This document shows positions 51,960 to 61,449 of a stretch of DNA of 64,000 nucleotides, piece after piece (the stretch's first letter is position 1; every line of letters starts with the position of its first letter). The stretch is from Sarcophilus harrisii. Its lineage: Eukaryota. Location: contig CM109174.1 of the NCBI GenBank assembly GCA_048593225.1, forward strand, positions 125,683,754 through 125,747,753. Reading direction: 5' to 3'. The notes under the pieces were generated by a model. The model saw only the letters and a list, made by a program, of their open reading frames with translations. It was not told the origin of the DNA and searched no databases. Both the position numbers and the translations under genes were made by a program.

Positions 51960-52560
51960 CCTTCAGTCTATTCGTTTTTGTAGTATGCTCAGGGGAGAGG
52001 GAAGGTGAGAAATGGAGGCAGGGAATGAAAGGGAAATGAGAGAGAAGGCTAGACTGAGACTGGGAACGACAAGATGAGAAGAAAAGAGATTGGGAAAAAG
52101 AGGAAGAGAGGCTGAGAATATGGGAAGAAAATAAGATGAATACGGGAAAGGGAGATGGGGAGGGAACAAGAAAAGGTGGACAAGATTGGGGGGTAGGGAA
52201 GGTTGGCGGGTAAGCAGAGAAGGGCCTGGAGAGATGAATGAGGTGGGAGTGGGGAGGGAGAGGAGAGGAAAGGAGTACTGTAAACAAGGCCCTGCTCCAG
52301 CTCCCTGGGTCTCCGAAGAATCAAGGGCTGCTGGTGGGGGCTATCATTAGGCCTCACCCCAGGAAAGAGATGGACCCCTGGTAGTTCAGAAGAAAAAGTC
52401 CGAGGGGCACAGGGTAGAGCTTCTCATTTAAATACTGTTCAGAGGAGAGAAAGGGATGGGAGGGGAGATGTTGAAGTGGGGAGGGAGAGAGACAGAGATA
52501 ATCAGAGATAGGCAGACAGATACAGAGAGACAGGCAGAGAGAGAGGGAGATGTTGGTGGG
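51960..52560 (+). repeat. Long purine-rich (GA/GGA/GAGA) tract on the plus strand, i.e. pyrimidine-rich on the PRRT2 sense strand
   Basis: About 600 bp almost devoid of C and T (GAGAGGGAAGGTGAGAAATGGAGGCAGGGAATGAAAGGGAAATGAGAGAGAAGG...). This also explains the spurious minus-strand S/P/L-rich ORF 51823..52287. Confidence 0.8.
52424..52434 (-). CDS. PRRT2: Predicted PRRT2 terminal micro-exon (..L-F-K-stop)
   Basis: Strong acceptor on the minus strand (cccatccctttctctcctctgaacAG | TATTTAAATGA). Joined to the T carried from the previous exon it gives TTA TTT AAA TGA, so the protein ends ...CVINFG-LFK*, against human ...CVINLGVYK*. Not confirmable without transcript data. Confidence 0.45.
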
Positions 52561-52782
52561 AGAGATAGAGAGAGCAGGTACAAGTTAGTGATAGACCTCC
52601 ACAAACAACCAGTTCAACTTTTCCTCAGATCTAGTCCTATTTCCACAGAGCCACAGTCCTTCTCCACCCACTCAATTCTCTTAACTAAAAATTTCTGGGT
52701 TCTACCATAATCACCCACCATTCACCCAACCTTCTTCTCCATCCCCATCTCCACTCCCCAACCAACTCAAGTTCATACTCAC

Positions 52783-52915
52783 ATCCAAAGTTGATGACAC
52801 AGGAGGTGATGATGATGAGGATCCCACCCACCAATGCTACGATACTCAATAGCTTGGCCACCTGTCCCAAGCGATGAGCTCCATCCACATCACCCTGCTG
52901 TAGACTGTTCCGAGA
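52783..52915 (-). CDS. PRRT2: PRRT2 coding exon (second TM helix region)
   Basis: Encodes [44 protein letters not shown] plus T. Acceptor gcgacAG and donor GTGAGT. Anchored to ORF 52685..52888. Confidence 0.85.
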
Positions 52916-53348
52916 CTGTCGCCAACAACATTGGGGATCACGGTGAGGGTCGGGTAACCAGTGTGAAGTCAGTCAGAATTGTCAGTCATGATGTATAGAG
53001 AGAAGAGGAAAAAAGAAGAAAAGGAAAAGAAATGATCAATATGAGGTCAAAAACGTTTTCTTCCCCTTTCTCCTCCCTGGGAAGTAGAGGATCTTGGAAA
53101 AGGAACCAGGGAAAAATGAAATCAAAGGAGAGGAATAAAAGGACAGAAATTTAAAGGGAGAGGCCCAGGATTTTTTGGAAATGTGGTTCTCAGGATCCAT
53201 GAGGAGGCGGCTCAGAAATAAACCCCCTTACCCCAATTCCCATCCCCTGCTCCCCCAGGGTTTTCTTCCATCAGGCACCTGGAGAGCACTTCACCTGAAG
53301 TATAAGGGAGCTAGGGTAAAGGAAAGGTAAGGATTCACAAGCACTCAC

Positions 53349-54284
53349 CATGATGGCATAAGCAAAGGCCACAACGTTGACTGGCCACATCGGGCAGAAG
53401 CAGGATAGGATGGCGATGATGATGTAGTCACGTGGCTTTGGAGTCCCTTCACCCCCCTCCACTCCTGGCCCCCCCAGCAGGGAGCTGGGTTGGCGGCTCA
53501 GACTGCCTCTGGGGGAGCCAGGCTTTGCACCATGCCCCCCAACTCCCCTCTCCTCATCTACCAATTGCTGGAGCACCTTTGGGGGTGCCCCATTGGCTGG
53601 AGGGCCTTTGGGAGGAGGAGGGGAGTGAGACAGAGGACTTGTGCCTTTGTCCTCCTCTCCAGCCTTCATGGGCACTACCGCCCCATTCTCTTGTTTCTCT
53701 ATCAGGTCCCCCGTTAGGTCCTCGGGTGTTGTCTTTTGGACAGGAGATGTTGGCTGGGAGGCTGGCCTGAGGTCAGAGACTGGTTCCTGCTTGGCCCCCT
53801 GTGATGCCTCCGAAGGCTCTTTGTTGACTTCTAGGATTGGGGCAGACTCTTTGTTCCCTTCTTGGGGTGGCTCTTTGCTGTCTTCTTGGGGTGGCTCTTT
53901 TCTCCCTTCTGGGGCTGACACAGACTCTTTGTGGGTTTCTGGTGTTATTGGAGGGTGGGAGTCTACTCCAGGGGTCTGTTCTGTTAATGAACTTCCTGGG
54001 TCTGGGATGGAGTCTGTATCCTTGACTGGGTTTGGGGTCCCTTCTGGTGCCTCTGAAGGTTTTGTTGCCTGTTCAGGGGAGGTCCCCACTTCTGGGCTAC
54101 CAGCTGATGGTCTGATGGAATCTGGAACCATTTGGGGGGTTTCTGTGATGTCCTGGGCCCCAGCTGGAGCCTGGGGAAAGGTAGTCTGTGCTCCAGGAGT
54201 GGTGGTTCCAGTCCCTTCGCCTTGGGCTGAGGAACCCTCCTCATCCCCCTTCATCTCTGTCCCTTCAGAGCCACTGGATGCCAT
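53349..54284 (-). CDS. PRRT2: PRRT2 main coding exon (ATG at 54284..54282; proline-rich N-terminus plus first TM)
   Basis: 312 codons from [17 protein letters not shown]... through ...[15 protein letters not shown]...[18 protein letters not shown]...[12 protein letters not shown]...[30 protein letters not shown]; donor GTGAGT. The C-terminal ~110 residues are near-identical to human PRRT2. Anchored to ORF 53271..54395. Confidence 0.85.
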
Positions 54285-54399
54285 CTTGAGATGGGAGAGA
54301 GGAGGGATGGGGGGGGGAGGGGAGAGAACAGCAACAGGAGATCCTGGAATAAGAGGAGACAGAGCTGGATCTGGGGAAGAGAAAGTGTAGAACACGGAG

Positions 54400-55750
54400 C
54401 CCGGCAGCCTCAGCAGGGTCTGAATGGTGAACTCTGGCTGAAGAGGGCTAAGGTAGTGGCCAAACGTGGACAGACTCGGGGGAAGGACGGACCCGGGAGG
54501 GCCACGCGTGTCCCTCTGAGCTCGAGGGCAGGCCAGCAGCTCTGGGCTGAGACTCCTTCCTTCCCGATGGGGCAGCCCCGAGTGGGGGCGGCGCTGCCTG
54601 TGGGATCCTCAGAAAGTGAGACTCTCCCTCACTCAGCGGGCTGCAAAGACCCGGGCTGAGCCTCTGGGGGCAAGGAGCAGAAAGCTGGCCTCCCTGGGGC
54701 TCCCCACCCACACCCACTTCCTCAGCCGCGGACAGAGACGCAGACACGCATGAACAGACCTAGGCGCTGACTGGCACAAGCAGGCAGGCAGACAGGCAGT
54801 CACCACCGCCTTGCCTACAGATCCGGCCTCTCGCAGGCACGTTGAGGAGCCCGCTGCCAGGCAGATGCCAGGAGAGATGCCCTGCGCTCTCTCTCTTCCT
54901 CCATTCCCCCTCCAGCTGGTTCCAATCTCCCTCCTTTGGTAACTCTCTCATCCCTTTTTCCTCCCCGACTTCAGCTCAGACTGGTGTTTTTTTTACTGCG
55001 TGTGTACAAGAGCCCCCTCCCCTAGGGAAGGGGGAATCCCTGATTTCTCTCCAACCCCTCCTCCCAGGGGAGCGCCCCCCCTTTCTCCTCAGATCCCCCA
55101 GCCTTTACATGACCCTAGCACCTTGGCTTGCCGAGGACCCTTTCCCCCCAAGTCACCACCCAGAACCTAGGTCCCTTCTCCCCCCCCCCCCCGCAGGGAC
55201 CCCGCATTCTTGCGCGGAGGCTCCATTTGTCCGTGCACCCCACACTCAGAGCGACTCTCTTCCACCCCTGCCCCCTCGGACCCCCGGGCCCCTCCCTGCG
55301 ACACCCTCCGCTCACCTGCTCTTCTTTTCCCAGAGCCCCGGGGGCTGCTCTTGCGGCGGCCGCTGCAGCAGCCGGGGAGCAAGCGAGCGAGGCAGCGAGC
55401 TAGAGATGGAGCGAGGCAGCGGCTCCCCCTCCTTCCTTCCACCCCGCCTTGTGCGCGCCGCCCCCGCCCCCCTGCACTCTATCGCCTCCCCTCCCATCCC
55501 GGACCCGGGGGAGCCTCGCGCGCCGGGGCCCCAAGTTACCCTGGCAACCAGGAGATTGCTTCGCCCCCCCCCTCCTCACCCAGCGACCCCCCCAGGCCCT
55601 CGCGCCCCCTTTCCCCTCCCCCCCTGCCCAACGGTCACCGAACTTCCCCTCCCCCCTCCCTCAGCTTGAAGGGCTGCGGTGCGGGGTGTGAGACCAGGCG
55701 GGAGAGGCTGGCATGGGGGGAAGGGGAGAGGAGCCGGGGCCGTGTCCAGA
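54400..55750 (-). promoter_or_regulatory. PRRT2: CpG island, probable PRRT2 promoter and non-coding exon 1 (candidate donor cagcagGTGAGCGG with exon end near 55316)
   Basis: GC- and CpG-rich block upstream of the PRRT2 coding exon. The minus strand reads ...GGAAAAGAAGAGCAG|GTGAGCGGAGGG. The acceptor ctctcccatctcaAG sits directly before the ATG. Confidence 0.35.
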
Positions 55751-56561
55751 GAGGGGGGATCGGCCAGGCTGCGGGATGAGGCTCAGGGTGGTGGGAGAGG
55801 GAAGGGACTCATGGGGGATGGCAATGAGAGAGGGCCCCGCCCCCACCCCTCACCCCAGGTGGACCAGGGGCAGCCCAAAAGGGCAGGGAGAGAAGGGTCC
55901 CACACAGTGCCCAGGACATGGAAAGGAGGGTCTTGGGAGGCGAGGCGCAGGGAAAGGGGCTGTGACGGAGCACCCCAGGGGAGGCTGGTGAGCCTCAGGG
56001 CAGATCGAGGCAGGAACTGGGTGTCAGTAGGGGCCGACTGCAACTTGCCTTCTTCACTGGCCCCACCCACCCCCGGGGCTGGGGCGCTCAGGCTTTCCCC
56101 AGCCCTGCCACTGTTCCAGCTTGCATCGATGACATGACTTTGCAGGTATTTGACTGTGGGGTCCCAAGATAGGCCCTTTGGCAGGGATGCTGGGGGGAGC
56201 TGGCGCTGCCCGAAGCAGAGCGGCTAGCCCGCCCGTGTCTAGCAGAAGCCTCCAATAGGGCTGAGCTGCTCATGGGCAGGGATTGCCCCCAGAGCCTGCT
56301 AGCCAGACTGGGGATCCTCCCTGCTCCACCCTGCAACTGGGCTGCAGCCACTGGTGCCCTCCCCTGAGGAGGACAGGAGCCTGAGATCAGGGCCCAGAGA
56401 AAGGAAAGAAATAGACTCCGGGGTCCTGTGGGTGGGAGCCAAAAAAGTCCTTTTGTGGGGACTGTGCCCGTGGCTCCAGGTGACAGGTATCTGGGTGTGA
56501 CTGAGAGGGTAGTGGGGCAACAGACAAATAGCCAGAATCAAGTTTTTGTTTTTGTTTAAAA

Positions 56562-56567
56562 TTTATT
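56562..56567 (-). other. MAZ: AATAAA polyadenylation signal (minus strand), probable MAZ 3' end
   Basis: TTTATT on the plus strand roughly 960 nt downstream (on the minus strand) of the MAZ stop codon. A 26-nt A-run on the plus strand (56675-56700) lies within the inferred 3'UTR. Confidence 0.4.
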
Positions 56568-57526
56568 GTAATGGGGTCCGCAAAGGAGGGGGTGAAGGGT
56601 GGGGAACATGCAGGGGACACAGGAACACGATGTCATGGCTAGGGCCACAATTTCTGTTGGGGAGAGGAGGGGGAATAAAAAAAAAAAAAAAAAAAAAAAA
56701 GACAGAACTACAGTTGAGATGAGAGGGGATGGGGGAAAATACTGCTGCTGCATTCCCCCCCTGGGAAGCACCTTTATTTTCTGGCACCCTCCCAAAAACT
56801 ATCCTCTCATTCTGTCCTTTACTTACCCTATTCCCCTCCCCAAGGTCCTGCCTCTTATTCTGCCTTCTCCCCAAAATGTTTTATCCCCTTAATCGCCCAG
56901 TCTTCATTATGTTACATTCTAGAGGAAGAAGATTAGGGCCAAGGACCCCAAACATACCCCCACTTGTGACTAAGTCCTTTACTGTTTGTTCCTCACCTTA
57001 ACCTCTTTCTTTTCAAATCTCTCTTCTCCCCACACCCAGGACAGAATCTTTCATTTTCCTTCTCTTTTCCTCCACACTCTTAAACCCCTGCCCTACCCTC
57101 CCCCCCCCATTTAAACAGCACCAACTCCCCAGGGATGGGCAGCAGACAGTAGGTAAATAGGGGACTGGAAAGGTGGGAAGGAAGAGGACCTTTAGGGAAG
57201 AAACGTTCTTGAATCCCTGGGGGAGCACGGGAAGGGCAATGGAGAAGAGAGGGCAATGACACAGCTGGTATGTCCTCTGTCACCCCTGAGATCAGTCTAG
57301 GGGGCCCCCAAATCACCAGAGGAACAATGGGGTTCACATAGGGAGGGGAGAGAAGAGAAACAAATGTTTAAAATCTAGCGAATTCCCCTAAGAAAACATT
57401 TCTTCACTCCTTCCTTCTGGTGGCTCCTTGGTTGGTGAGGGAAGGAACTGAGTTGGTGGGAAGGGGGTGGGAGAGGAGACAGGGGACTGAGGCCTTTCCT
57501 CTATACCCCAACCCCCACCTCAGGGC

Positions 57527-57690
57527 TCACCAGGGCTGTGAGGGAAGTGGCTGAGAGCTCACAGGGACACCCTCTGCCCCAGAAAGCGAGCCCACAGCTG
57601 TGGGGGTAGCTGCTGCAACTGCTGCTGCTGCTGCCGCCGCCGCCGCTGCTGCCGATGCTGCTGCTGCCATAGGACAGACCTCACCTGTAC
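57527..57690 (-). CDS. MAZ: MAZ canonical terminal exon (includes TGA stop)
   Basis: Encodes (G)TGEVCPMAAAASAAAAAAAAAAAVAAATPTAVGSLSGAEGVPVSSQPLPSQPW*. Acceptor gctgcAG. Identical in layout to the human MAZ isoform 1 C-terminus. Anchored to ORF 57527..57766. Confidence 0.85.
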
Positions 57691-58106
57691 CTGCAGCAAG
57701 TAGGGAGGGAGAGAGTTGGGGGGGGGGAAAGAGAGACAGAGTTATCAGTGTGGAACCTGTGGCCAAATCTTTGTCCCTTGTAGCCGCTTCCTCTCTCTGC
57801 CTGGGAAGCTGTTTCTTCTACCATTCCCTCCCCTGGGACACAGCCGTTGCACATTTCCTGCTCCCTCTCCAGAGGTTTGGGTTTTCACTTTTTAGCCTGT
57901 ATTCTTTCCCTTGGAGACACTTCAAAAGTTCTCCTCAAAGACCCTCCCTAGCCCAAGTATCCTCCCTAGCCTATATTTCCTAGTGACCTATCCTGCCCCT
58001 CTGGGCCTTCCTAAACTTAAGTACCCCGGGATCCCCTTCCACCCCTCACCTCCCATGCCCCACCAGCCGTGCGCCTCGCCTTGCCTGGTGGGTGCAGGGG
58101 TTCCCC

Positions 58107-58324
58107 TCAGCAGGTGGGCTGCGGCGGTGGCGGCTGTGGCTGGGGGGCGTCTCCAGGGACAGGGGGTGCGGCCCCCCCGAGGTGGGTCTGCATGTGGCCA
58201 GCCAGCTGGGTAGGGGTCTTGCAGTGCACACTGCAGAGCTTGCACAGGAGCCGGTCGGGCCGGGGGGCCTGGAGCCCGTGGTCCTTCACCGCATGGACGC
58301 GCAGGTATGCCGCCGTGGTGAAGC
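58107..58324 (-). CDS. MAZ: MAZ alternative terminal exon (isoform-2-like extra zinc finger, includes stop)
   Basis: Encodes (G)FTTAAYLRVHAVKDHGLQAPRPDRLLCKLCSVHCKTPTQLAGHMQTHLGGAAPPVPGDAPQPQPPPPQPTC*. Acceptor cccgtAG in the same phase as the canonical last exon. Matches the alternative C-terminus of human MAZ isoform 2. Anchored to ORF 58107..58289. Confidence 0.7.
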
Positions 58325-59406
58325 CTACGGGGTGACCGGGATGGGGACAGGGACAGGGGTCAGCTAAATGGAGACCCCCGGAGACGGGGATGTTCTCCTA
58401 GGTTGGGGACTTGCTTCCCCAGTATAAGTCAGGTCAGCTATGCCCAACAACCTGGGGAATGGCTTTCTAGGTAATGATCTTCTGCCCAGAGGTGGGATTA
58501 TCTTTTCATTCCCCAAACTCAGAACTTTTGTCTGCTCAGTAGATATTCCTTCCCAGAGATAGCTGTGATCTCTTTCCCCAGGACCCAATTTGCAAAACTC
58601 TCCCAACTTGCAAAACCCTCTCCAGAGGTGGCAGGATTCCTAGTTACTCAGGGCATTTCTTCTAAGTGAATGTATCCTTCCCCAGAGACGGCTGTGTCCC
58701 CCAACCCCCCAAAACCTAAGGATTTGGTTCCCAATTACTGAAGAAACTTACTCCATTTAAAGGAAGCTTGTTCTACTCAAAAGTAGAGTTGCCTGCATTA
58801 TCTCAGATGCAGGTCTTCCATCACCCACCTCTCATTACAATTACAGTTACTGTCACCCAGAGGGTTTAGTATTCTCTGCCTGGTATGTCCTTCCACAAAT
58901 GCTATTTGTTGCATGTTCTTCCTCAAACCCTGTTGGGCCTATTATACTCAGTCAACTTGTTCTCAGTGGATTGTTTCCCTTTGCAGAAGCGGTTGCATCC
59001 TCGGTTTCTCAAGACTGAGGGAAACCAGTTTCCACTTTCCCATGAAGTTTGTTCTACTTGGCTACTTCTTTTCCAGAGGCAACTGCATCCCACCCACCTT
59101 TTCTTCACTAAGACTTAGAAGATGGGAGCACCATTTCTCAGCACTAAGCCATGTTTTCTCCCTTACAACATAAATGTAGTTCTGCAAACTTTAGATCTTT
59201 TAATAATCTATTGTGTCTCTCCCTAGATGCAACTGTATTCTTTTTATCAAAGGGGAAACTAACTAATCCTTTGAACTGTATGTTTCCCTTCTACCATTTC
59301 CTTCTACCTAGTCTTGCTGATCTATATTTTTATTATGGAATTCAACATTGTAATGGGTCCTTTGTTATTTTTTCCCATAGTCCCTTTCAGTCCCTTCACT
59401 CCATAC

Positions 59407-59578
59407 CTTTGTTGCAGAGCTCGCAGACGTGGTGAGGTCCCTGGCTGTGCACCTTCATGTGGTCGGAGATGTAGGCTGCGCTCAGCATCTTGCCACATAC
59501 ATGGCATGGCACCTTCTCTTCATGCCGCACCGTATGTGCTCGGAGTCGGTCCTTGGTAGCAAATGCTGCTTCACATGT
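59407..59578 (-). CDS. MAZ: MAZ coding exon 4 (zinc fingers 4-6)
   Basis: Encodes TCEAAFATKDRLRAHTVRHEEKVPCHVCGKMLSAAYISDHMKVHSQGPHHVCELCNK plus G. Acceptor ctccAG and donor GTATGG. Anchored to ORF 59396..59665. Confidence 0.85.
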
Positions 59579-59873
59579 CTGGAGTGGAGAAGTCAGAGGA
59601 GAAGTTAAGAGGCTGTTAAGAGATATTAAGGGATGAATACTGGGGATGGGGCAGATAAAAGTCAAAGCCCCAGAAATGTGGAGTATGGGATCTTAGAGCC
59701 ATAGGCAAATAGGAAAGAAGAGATTAGTCCTTTAAGAAGGAATAAGAATTGAATTAAAAGCCAAATAGAAATAAGAATTCTGAGAGAATGAGATCTGAGA
59801 GGCTGTCTGGATAGGCAAAAAGGGGTTTGGTTTAAATAATGAAAAAAGTAGCAGTACATCAAGGTCTCCATAC

Positions 59874-59937
59874 CGCACATTTGAAGGGCCGTTCTGTTGA
59901 GTGCACCTGTCTGACGTGGCTGTTGAGGTGGTCTGGC
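59874..59937 (-). CDS. MAZ: MAZ coding exon 3
   Basis: Encodes (R)PDHLNSHVRQVHSTERPFKCA. Acceptor tgcAG. Donor chosen as GTATGG (not the weaker GTGCGG 3 nt upstream) because it keeps the C-x2-C zinc-finger spacing. Confidence 0.7.
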
Positions 59938-60279
59938 CTGGGGGAATTTGTTAGGGGAAGGGATTAGGCCTTTGGCCTTAAAAGTGGGGGTGATCCTACT
60001 TCCCCTACTCTGTACTATGTTTCTTTCCCTTACATTCTTTTTTTGAAGTCCAGCAACTATTTACCCAGCAATTCCTTCCCCTCATGCAAAACTTCTTCCC
60101 ACTGTGAGGCCATCCCTTTTTGTTTTTCTTGAGGTCTCCTTTAGGTGAGGCCTCTCCCTTTTGCCCTTAACTACCTTGAAACTCCCTTCTCTCCTCCCCC
60201 ATATCCTTGGAAGCTACCTTTGCCTGATGGGCATCTTCCCCCTCCCCCCCTCCCATGGGTGGCCCATCCCTGTGCACAC

Positions 60280-61127
60280 CGGGAAAAGCTCTTGCCACAG
60301 TGGGAGCAGTTGTAGGGCTTGTGCACAGCGCCGTCATGTGAGCGCACATGGTAGCTCATGCGGTCCTTGCGCTTGAAGCGCTGCTGACAGACAGGGCACT
60401 GGTACGGCTTCTCATCGGAGTGTGACAGCTTGTGCCGGTTCAGGTGGTAGACATCCCGGAAGGCCTTTCCGCACATCTCACATGCATGGTTCTTCCGGAT
60501 CCGCTTCCCAGAGGCTGTGGTGGTCACCACGCCGCCTCCACCAACTCCAGCCCCTCCACCCCCGGCTCCCCCTTCACCCCCACCCCCACCAGCTCCGCCC
60601 AGTGTCGCTGGCACGCTCAGGAGGCTCAGGGGCACCATGGTGGGCATCCTCATAGCACCTGGGCCAGCCCGCCCAGCCTTGGCACCCGTATGGATGGCTT
60701 CATGCCGTCGAAGATTATAGCCGTTCTTAAACTCCTTGGCACAGAGGGCACAGATGTATGGCCCTTTGCTCTTTGATTTCTTCTCCAAAGCAGTAGCTAC
60801 AGGAGCAACGACAGCTGTGGAGGTTGGGGCAGCAGCAGCTGTAGCAGTAGCAGCAGCAATTGTAGCTGGAGGTGCAGCTTCAGGAGCTGGTGCAGAGGTG
60901 GGAGGGGGTGGCGGAGGTGGCGCAGGGGGTTGTTTCAGGGCTGCTGTGTCCACTGTGGAAGCTGTGGCAGTAGCTGGGGGGGCGGCGGCGGCGGCAGCTG
61001 CTGCAGCCGCGGCTGCTGCTGCTGCTGCAGCAGCAGATTCCTGGGCTGCAGCGAGGACAGGGAGGAGGTCAACCTGGAGGGGCTCAGCAGACGGGGCCTG
61101 AGGAGTCGGTGGGGGGGCTGGGGCAGC
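60280..61127 (-). CDS. MAZ: MAZ coding exon 2 (poly-Ala/Pro region plus zinc fingers 1-3)
   Basis: 282 codons plus 2 nt: AAPAPPPTPQAPSAEPLQVDLLPVLAAAQESA(n)...VDTAALKQPPAPPPPPPP...KSKGPYICALCAKEFKNGYNLRRHEAIHTGAK...ACEMCGKAFRDVYHLNRHKLSHSDEKPYQCPVCQQRFKRKDRMSYHVRSHDGAVHKPYNCSHCGKSFS. Acceptor ttctcAG and donor GTGTGC. Anchored to ORF 60171..60953 and plus-strand ORF 60930..61556. Confidence 0.85.
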
Positions 61128-61254
61128 CTGAGAAGGAAAGAAGGGAGTGGAAAGAACATGTGGGACATAAGCATCCCACTCCTCAATTTCCCAGAACCCA
61201 CTATCCTGTGTACCCCCTCATCCCCCAACCTCCACCTGGTACTCGAGTACTCAC

Positions 61255-61446
61255 CTGGAATGGACTCTGGTTGCAGCCCTGGGATGCAAAGAACCGGGAC
61301 TGAAGCTCAGCCCCAACCTGCAGGGGATTCTGGGCGTGACCCTGAGGTGGGGGAAAAGAGTTCATTAGATTGCCAACCCCCCTGGAATCCAGTCCCAGTA
61401 CAGGGAATGGGGGGGCCAGGAGGGTGCAGGGGAAAACAGGAAACAT
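61255..61446 (-). CDS. MAZ: MAZ exon 1 coding part (ATG at 61446..61444)
   Basis: Encodes MFPVFPCTLLAPPFPVLGLDSRGVGNLMNSFPPPQGHAQNPLQVGAELQSRFFASQGCNQSPFQ; donor GTGAGT. Near-identical to the human MAZ N-terminus. Anchored to ORF 61201..61545. Confidence 0.85.
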
Positions 61447-61449
61447 GGC

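Noticed and set aside
51823-52357. 154-aa and 102-aa minus-strand S/P/L-rich ORFs
   Set aside because: They are the pyrimidine-strand reading of the 600-bp purine tract, pure low complexity.
53641-54390. 249-aa plus-strand ORF antisense to the PRRT2 coding exon
   Set aside because: It is the mirror frame of a real, well-conserved minus-strand exon; open antisense frames are common opposite GC-rich coding sequence.
54842-55669. 275-aa proline-rich plus-strand ORF in the PRRT2 promoter CpG island
   Set aside because: Low-complexity P/S/L-rich translation of CpG-island sequence on the strand opposite the only gene here. No start-codon context and no homology.
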